Source: Octopus sinensis (taxonomy: Eukaryota). Taken from it: a DNA stretch of 6,232 nt. Numbering within the stretch: the first letter of the stretch is position 1; every line of letters begins with the position of its first letter. The position numbers and the translations under genes are program-made. The notes beneath the pieces were generated by a model that was not told the DNA's origin, ran no database searches, and saw only the letters and a list, made by a program, of their open reading frames with translations. The stretch covers positions 1 to 6,232 of the forward strand of contig NW_021829418.1 of NCBI RefSeq assembly GCF_006345805.1, read 5' to 3'. Below are positions 1 through 6,232 of the stretch, piece after piece.

Positions 1-548
1 TTCGCCTTAAAGGTCCCTTTGCATACTGAATACTTGCTGAAATTGATTAATTAATTAATTTTACCCTCAATTGTTGAAATTATAATTCATCTCTCTCTAT
101 ATAATGCCTCGGATTTTACCGAAAAAAGCATAGTGTTTGCTGATTTTAACCCACGCTGGTGGAAAGGGGAGAGCAGAAATTCTTCGCTTGCATTTTTGAG
201 TTTGTTTGTCACTGTTAGTTTCGAGCAGATCTTCAGAAGCGATAAGAAGCCGAAAGGGTATGCTCCCACTTTCAGTGTTTTCAAATCCAACCAGGGAGTT
301 CTGAGCTGCTGATAGAAATGTCGAGTTTGACTAATCTTGAAACGTACGTTCTCAAATAACCTTTGCATTTGATTTTTTAATGTCTCTAAACACCATACTT
401 TCGTGAGTTGAATTGAGCAAACACATATGAGAGAGGTTTTCTTTAAGTATTAGAAATAGTTTTAAAAAAGTTTTTTTTTTAGCTGCTTATTTCTAATGAG
501 TTCAGTGTGCGGCAAAGTAATTTATTTTACTAAGCCCTTTTATATAAT
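1..548. repeat. ~560-bp tandem unit, copy 1 (left end cut by the window); unclassified, possibly a non-autonomous TE
   Basis: 1-548 aligns colinearly with 562-1107 at roughly 97% identity by eye (about 15 small differences, many of them 1-bp indels). The junction reads ...aagcccttttatataat|gtaataatttgaattcgcc... Confidence 0.92.
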
Positions 549-1107
549 GTAATAATTTGAATTCGCCTTAAATGGTCCCTTTGCATACTGAATACTTGGT
601 GAAATTGATTAATTAATTAATTTTACCCTCAATTGTTGAAATTATAATTCATCTCTCTCTATATAATGCTTCGGATTTTACCGAAAAAAGCATAGTGTTT
701 GCTGATTTTAACCCACGCTGGTGGAAAGGGGAGAGCAGAAATTCTTCGCTTGCATTTTTGAGTTTGTTGGCACTGTTAGTTTCGAGCAGATCTTCAGAAG
801 CGATAAGAAGCCGAAAGGGTATGCTCCCACTTTCAGTGTTTTCAAATCCAAACCAGGGAGTTTTGAGCTGCTGATAGAAATGTCGAGTTTGACTAATCTT
901 GAAACGTACGTTCTCAAATAACCATTGCATTTGATTTTTTAATGTCTCTACCCCCATACTTTCGTGAGTTGAATTGAGCAAACACTATATGAGAGAGGTT
1001 TTCTTTAAGTATTAGAAATAGTTTTAAAAAAGTTTTTTTTAGCTGCTATTTCTAATGAGTTCAGTGTGCGGCAAAGTAATTTATTTTACTAAGCCCTTTT
1101 ATATAAT
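549..1107. repeat. ~560-bp tandem unit, copy 2 (complete period); unclassified, possibly a non-autonomous TE
   Basis: Similarity to copy 1 ends at ...aagcccttttatataat (1107), where the TA tract begins. Contains an imperfect subterminal inverted pair (579-592 and 1060-1076) and a perfect 11-bp internal inverted repeat (1011-1021 and 1046-1056). The confidence applies to the repeat itself; TE identity is only inferred. Confidence 0.92.
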
Positions 1108-1961
1108 ATATATATATATTATATATATATATATATATATACAATTATATCTAGATATATATATATATATATAATATATATCAAATTATATATATATATA
1201 TAACAAATTATATATATATACAAATTAATATATATATATATACAAATTATATATAATATATATATATATACAAATTATATATATATATATTATATATATA
1301 TTATACAAATATATATATATATATACAAATTATATATATATATATACAAATATATATATATATATATACAAATTATATATATATATATACTAATATCAAA
1401 TATATATATATATATATCAATATTATACAAAAATATATTAATATATAAAAATATATATAATATATATATATATACAAATTATATATATATAAAATACAAA
1501 TTATACAAATATATATATAATATACAAATTATATATATAATATATATACAAATTATATATATATATATATATACAATTAAAAATATTATATATACAAATT
1601 ATAGATTATATATACAATTATATATATATATATATATATACAATTATTATATATTATATATATACAAATTATATATATATATATATATACAAATTATATA
1701 TATATATATATTACAAATTATATATATATATATATATACAAATTATATAATATATATATATACAAATTATATATATATATACAAATTATATATATTATAT
1801 ATACATATATATATATATATATACAAATTATATATATATATATATATACAAATTATATATATATATATATATACAAATTATATATATATATATACAAATA
1901 TTATATAATATATATACAAATTATATATATATATCTATATATATATAATATATATATATAC

Positions 1962-1999
<38 letters not shown>

Positions 2000-2091
2000 A
2001 AGATATTATATATATATATATATATATACAAATATATATATATTATATATATATACAATTATATATATATATATATATAAATATTTATATA
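1108..2091. repeat. Compound (TA)n-CAAAT micro/minisatellite, ~980 bp
   Basis: Variable-length (TA)n runs are punctuated by about 30 CAAAT motifs plus CAATT/CAAAA variants. I found only 3 G residues on the + strand. Confidence 0.97.
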
Positions 2092-2581
2092 TCTATATAT
2101 AAAACTCTAGTTGTGTGAGTGTCTGTCCCCTTCGATTTAGATTCCTAACTCCTCCTACATTTTGCGGTGCAGTTTAACCAAATTCGGGTATCTTATAGTC
2201 GTGATTCATATCGAGCCCATCTGACTATTATCGCGCGTCAACGATGAGTCTACGATTTTAAAAATAATTTAACATCATTTTGTATTCCATTTTAATGCAT
2301 TAAATGCATCGTGTGTCGATGGCGGCGGAGTTGGCGTCCACGCTAACAGCTGCACCTGTTTGCTTCTCCTCCTTCCCTCCCTCGTGAAGCTGTGGGGAAG
2401 GGAGTGTAAAGAAATCAACGTCGTAATGCGTTGTGAAGGAGATAGCATTCTTTTAGAACAACGACTTCATGGCTTGAAGACACCAAAACAAAAATGGCTA
2501 AGAAAGTCCGAATTGGCATCTAAAAATGCTTATATAGTTATTTCCCTTACAAACCCGAGCAACGCCGGGCGATACTGCTAG
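2092..2581 (+). mobile_element. Non-autonomous Helitron-type element, copy 1 (490 bp)
   Basis: A|TCTATATATAAAA 5' end (A2091|T2092). Subterminal hairpin CCCG-A-GC-AAC-GC-CGGG (2554-2569), an 8-nt spacer, then CTAG (2578-2581) followed by T. This is the established Helitron signature (TC...hairpin...CTRR, A|T target, no TSD). No RepHel coding sequence. Confidence 0.88.
2554..2581 (+). other. Helitron 3' terminal module (GC hairpin + CTAG); counterparts at 3063-3092 and 3590-3616
   Basis: CCCG/CGGG and GC/GC pairs around an AAC loop with one bulged A, ending 8 nt before CTAG. Established knowledge: this is the Helitron rolling-circle termination signal. Confidence 0.85.
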
Positions 2582-2585
2582 TATA

Positions 2586-3092
2586 TCTATATATATAAAA
2601 CTCTAGTTGTGTGAGTGTCTGTCCCCTTCGATTTAGATTCCTAACTCCTCCCACATTTTGCGGTGCAGTTTAACCAAATTCGGGTATCTTATAGTCGTGA
2701 TTCATATCGAGCCCGTCTGACTTTTAGCGCGCGTCAACGATGAGTCTACGATTTTAAAAATAATTTAACATCATGTTTTATTCCATTTTAATGCATAAAA
2801 TGCATCGTGTGTCGATAGCGGTGGAGTTGGCCTCCACGCTCACAGCTGCACCTGTTTGCTTCTCCCCATTCCCTCCCTCGTGAAGCTGTGGGGAAGGGAG
2901 TGTAAAGAAATCAACGTCGTAATGCGTTGTTAAGGAAACCAGCGTTCTTTTAGAACAACGACTTCATGGCTTGAAGACACCAAAACAAAAATGGCTAATA
3001 AAGCCCGAATTTATAAGGGAAGTAACTCTCTAAAATGCTTATATAGTTATTTCCCTTACAAACCCGAGCAACGCCGGGGTCGATACTGCTAG
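2586..3092 (+). mobile_element. Non-autonomous Helitron-type element, copy 2 (507 bp)
   Basis: A|TCTATATATATAAAA start at 2586, hairpin CCCGAGCAACGCCGGG (3063-3078) and CTAG (3089-3092) followed by T. Colinear with copy 1 and separated from it by TATA (2582-2585). Confidence 0.88.
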
Positions 3093-3616
3093 TATATATA
3101 TAAAACTGTAGTTGTATGAGTGTCTGTCCCCTTCGATTTAGATTCCTAACTACTCCCACATTTTGCGGTGAAGTTTAACCAAATTCGGGTATCTTATAGT
3201 CGTGATTCATATCGAGCCCGTCTGGGTATTAGCGCGCGTCTACGATGAGTCTACGATTTTAAAAATAATTTAACATCATGTTTTATTCCATTTTAATGCA
3301 TAAAATGCATCGTGTGTTGATAGCGGTGGAGTTGGCCTCCACGCTCACAGCTGCACCTGTTTGCTTCTCCCCATTCCCTCCCTCGTGAAGCTGTGGGGAA
3401 GGGAGTGTAAAGAAATCAACGTCGTAATGCGTTGTTAAGGAAACCAGCGTTCTTTTAGAACAACGACTTCATGGCTTGAGACACTGAGTCAACGATTTAA
3501 AAAAAAATTATCATCATTTTTTATTCCATTTTAATGCATTTTTTTGCTATAACTCTCTAAAAATGCTTATATAGTATTTCCCTTACAAACCCAGCAGCGC
3601 CGGGCAATACTGCTAG
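3093..3616 (+). mobile_element. Non-autonomous Helitron-type element, copy 3 (524 bp, variant 3' part)
   Basis: Starts TATATATATAAAAC with no TC, directly after the CTAG of copy 2. Homologous to copies 1 and 2 up to about 3484. Degenerate hairpin CCCAGCAGCGCCGGG (3590-3604), then CTAG (3613-3616) followed by T. Confidence 0.84.
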
Positions 3617-3750
<134 letters not shown>

Positions 3751-3763
3751 TGATTGATTGATT
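3751..3763 (-). repeat. (AATC)3 3' tail of the LINE
   Basis: + strand t-gatt-gatt-gatt sits between the UTR and the TA tract. Short tandem-repeat tails are established for CR1/L2 elements. Confidence 0.75.
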
Positions 3764-3783
3764 CTAGTTTCAGGTATGAGCTG

Positions 3784-3805
3784 TGGCCATGCTGGGGCAC
3801 CGCCA
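3784..3805 (-). other. Stem-loop in the LINE 3' UTR (candidate RT recognition element)
   Basis: Minus strand reads UGGC-G-GUGC-CCCA-GCAU-G-GCCA: 8 pairs (one G-U), a G/G mismatch and a 4-nt loop, about 20 nt upstream of the tail. The function is inferred from 3' stem-loops of stringent-type LINEs such as eel UnaL2. Confidence 0.55.
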
Positions 3806-3830
3806 TTCGGTGTTGCTACATGATTTTACT

Positions 3831-6232
3831 TCACGAATGCTTTTTAGCAATTGCCATCTGGTGCATGAGAGAGTTCGATGCAGCTGCCCTCATCTGCACC
3901 TCCTGCCGTGAAGTTGGTCCATCCGGGACACCTGACAGGAAGAGATCCAGTTTCATTTTAAAGACATCCGCATCCACCCCATGCAGGTCTATCAGGTTCT
4001 TCGGGAGGATATTGAAGAGCTGTGGGCCACGGAAGCCCAGGCTATCACAGAATCTTGTCCTACATCTTGATGTCAACTTTGGAGTCCTAGGCACTACGCA
4101 GTGGCGCCCAGTTCTGGAATTTGTGTAACTCTCGATGCCAAAGTTCAGGACACGTCCCTCCAGGACCTTCCAGATGTATATTATGGCATATCTTTCCCGC
4201 CTACGCTCCAAGGAATATAGTTTTAATCTCTTGAGTCTTTCCCAGTAGCTTACATTCTGCATAGAGGCTATTTTTTCGTGTAGCTGCGTTGGATCGCCTC
4301 GAGCTCTGTGATCAACTTGACACTGGATGGTGACCATAACTGAGAGCAGTAGTCAAAGTGGCTTAGGACAAGTGTCCTCCAGAGGACAATCATGGTTTCT
4401 TGTTCTCTTGTTCTAAAGGTTCTGAGGATCCATCCGGCCAGTCGTCTACATTTCATTGCCAATTTAGCAACATGTACACGAAAGGTTGCGTCATCACTCA
4501 TGTAAATACCCAGGTCACGCACTGATTGTGCCTCTGGGATTGCTATTCCTCCGGGTCCAGTGTATTCATTGGGTATTGCATATAGTTTTGTATGCTGATA
4601 GTTTAAATCTTGAAACTTTTCAGCATTGAACTGCATGCTATTCTTTTCAGCCCACTTGTATATTTTGTCCAGCTCACATTGCAGGCGTTTAGTGTCCTCA
4701 GGGTTCTGTATTGCTTGTGAAACTTTTGTATCATCTGCATAACTTGTGACATATCATTCCATGATCGACTTTATCAAAGGCCTTTGCAAAGTCGAGATAT
4801 ATCACTTCCACATTTGAGTGGTTGAGCAGCCGTTTCAGCACCCAGTCATAGTGCTGCAGGAGCTGAGTTAAACAGCTTCTCCCTGGTCGGAAACCATGTT
4901 GGGTGTCGGGCAGCAAGTCATTCTCTTCAAGGAAGGTGATCAGCTTCCTTCTGACTATTCGTTCCATGACCTTGCTGATGTGTGAGGTCAGAGAGATAGG
5001 TCTGTAGTTCTTGGCCTCCGCTCTGCTACCTCCTTTATGAATGGGGCATATTTTACCTTCCTTCAGTTTTCTTGGAAGTTTGCCAGCTGCAAGGAAGCTC
5101 TGAAAGAGGAACTGCAGTGGTCTTGCTAAGACTCTCTTACATGCTTTTAGGAGGATTGCCGGGAATCCATCGGGGCCAGTAGCTGAGTCTGTTTTCATTT
5201 CATCTATAGCCTTGATTACATCGTCTTCCTTTATATCGATGTAATCTATCGTCGCCGCCTCTGATTTTATATCTGCAATGGTAAAGAAGTCAGTTGGATT
5301 GGTGATTTGGAGATGCCCAAGGGGTGGAGTGAAAACACTCTTGAATTGCTCATTCAGTATTTCACTTACCCTCATTGGTTTTCCTGTAAGTGTGCCATCC
5401 TTTTCAAGGAGTGGCCCTATTCTACAGTGCACCGTAGCTGTTTCTTTGGCATACCTGTAGAAAGCTCTGGGGTTAGATTTTATGTTGTCTATAGCCCAGG
5501 CTTCTTTGTCTGCTCTTTCTTTTTCATAGAGAGTTGCAGACATTTTTCAATTTCCAACAGTTTTATTTTTAGGCGGGACTTTCACTGCTTTAATCTGTTT
5601 GTTTAGGCGATTTGAAACTTTTGTACGCCGTCTCATTAAAATTTTCCTCTCTCTGGGGATTTTGTTCTTGTGTACAGTGGACTTTCTCTCTGGGACGCAT
5701 TTGTTGCATATGGCTTGCATTACAGACATGAATTGTTGAAGTTTCACGTCGATGTCTGGCAAGGAGAGACATTTAGGCCAGTTTTGTTTGAGGATCTCTT
5801 TCTCAATTTGTTTCCAGTTTGCCTTATGGTAGTTCAAGCTGGAAAGATTCTGAGGGTTTCTTGTGGGCTGCATGTCCGTGCTCTCTTTTGGCCCGTACAT
5901 GGTCAGCTCTACCATGTTGTGATCCGAGAGTAGTGTCGGTGTCACTTTCACATTATGGATGAGATTCATGTCATTTGTGAAGCAGAGATCCAGTGTGTTA
6001 CCTGCCCTGGTTGGTTGGAATATTACCTGCTCCATGTACAGTGTGTTGATGAGTTTCAGGAGGGACCTCGCCTGTCCTCGTTCACATCTTGCCATTCCTG
6101 GGAGAGAAAGGCCCTCGGGCCATCTGACATTGGGTAGATTGAAGTCTCCCATAAGAAGTACACTTATGTGTTGTTCTAATGTGATTAGAACTTCTATTTT
6201 TTTAAGGCAGTCTTCAAACTTGCCCACATGGC
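3831..6232 (-). pseudogene. Disrupted LINE ORF2 (endonuclease-reverse transcriptase)
   Basis: Joins ORF-track pieces 5547-6227, 4731-5543, 4268-4636 (its frame extends upstream to YADD at 4741) and 3831-4337. Lesions: a stop or compensating frameshifts at about 5528-5575, a missing PQG segment with a frame change at about 4740-4750, and a 1-nt loss in the T6 run at 4271-4276. The frame is open at the window edge, so the GTG at 6227 is not a real start. Confidence 0.9.

Larger units (their letters stand above)
3751..6232 (-). mobile_element. CR1-group non-LTR retrotransposon (LINE), 3' portion; 5' part lies beyond the window
   Basis: APE motifs GDFN (6138-6149), PTR..NTLDL and SDH (5919-5927). 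RT motifs GPDG, PIHK, NYRPISLTS, QHGFRPGRSC, YLDFAKAFDKVDH, YADD (4730-4741) and VRDLG. C-terminal DYCSQLWSP and YWERL..LKLYSLERRRER are typical of CR1/L2-group ORF2. An ~80-nt 3' UTR ends in a short tandem-repeat tail rather than poly(A). The exact clade is not resolved by eye. Confidence 0.93.

Noticed and set aside
87-981. ORFs within the 560-bp repeats (93, 110, 69 and 66 aa)
   Set aside because: No recognisable domain, and the reading frames are not preserved between the two ~97% identical copies.
1150-1945. Isolated CTAG (1151-1154) and TCTATATA (about 1934, also about 3740) motifs as extra Helitron termini
   Set aside because: No hairpin or element body is attached. They are single substitutions expected in a TA tract.
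1108-2091. CRISPR-like or coded repeat-spacer reading of the CAAAT-punctuated array
   Set aside because: The spacers are just variable (TA)n with no unique content, and the context is eukaryotic with no cas genes.
2092-2104. TATAAAA as a functional TATA-box promoter
   Set aside because: It is part of the Helitron 5' terminus within TA-rich DNA, with no downstream gene or expression evidence.
2365-2404. Pyrimidine-rich/purine-rich pair (ctccttccc...gggaagggag) as a structured RNA or G-quadruplex
   Set aside because: Pairing is short and imperfect and varies between copies. There are too few G-runs for a canonical G4, and no tRNA A/B boxes were recognised.
2360-2581. 73-aa ORF in Helitron copy 1
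   Set aside because: TTG start, no Rep or helicase motifs, and not maintained in copies 2 and 3.
3754-6137. Plus-strand and alternate-frame ORFs overlapping the LINE (3754-4128, 5278-5460, 5307-5606, 5590-5772, 5670-5933, 5955-6137)
   Set aside because: Shadow ORFs of ORF2 with no motifs, mostly from non-ATG starts.
4730-6232. RT as part of a retron, DGR, group II intron or defence system
   Set aside because: The APE-RT architecture, CR1-type C-terminus and tandem-repeat tail identify an ordinary LINE. There is no ncRNA, template/variable repeat or partner gene.

Overview
AT-rich eukaryotic intergenic DNA made entirely of repeats, with no host gene. Left to right: (1) two head-to-tail copies of an unclassified ~560-bp unit (1-548, cut by the window edge, and 549-1107); (2) a ~1-kb (TA)n-CAAAT compound micro/minisatellite (1108-2091); (3) three tandem ~500-bp non-autonomous Helitron-type elements with 5' TC, a 3' GC hairpin and CTAG (2092-3616; copy 3 lacks the TC); (4) the TA tract resumes (3617-3750); (5) the 3' ~2.5 kb of a minus-strand CR1-group LINE (APE endonuclease C-terminus plus RT) with a short 3' UTR and an (AATC)3 tail. 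The LINE is disabled by an internal deletion in the RT and by small frameshifts. I find no support for a new multi-gene system. The best leads are structural: the unclassified 560-bp element with symmetric subterminal inverted repeats, the swapped 3' modules of the Helitron copies, an apparent microhomology deletion in the LINE RT, and three TE families converging on one TA tract. Many differences are 1-bp homopolymer indels, so some may be long-read assembly errors. All alignments and counts were done by eye.
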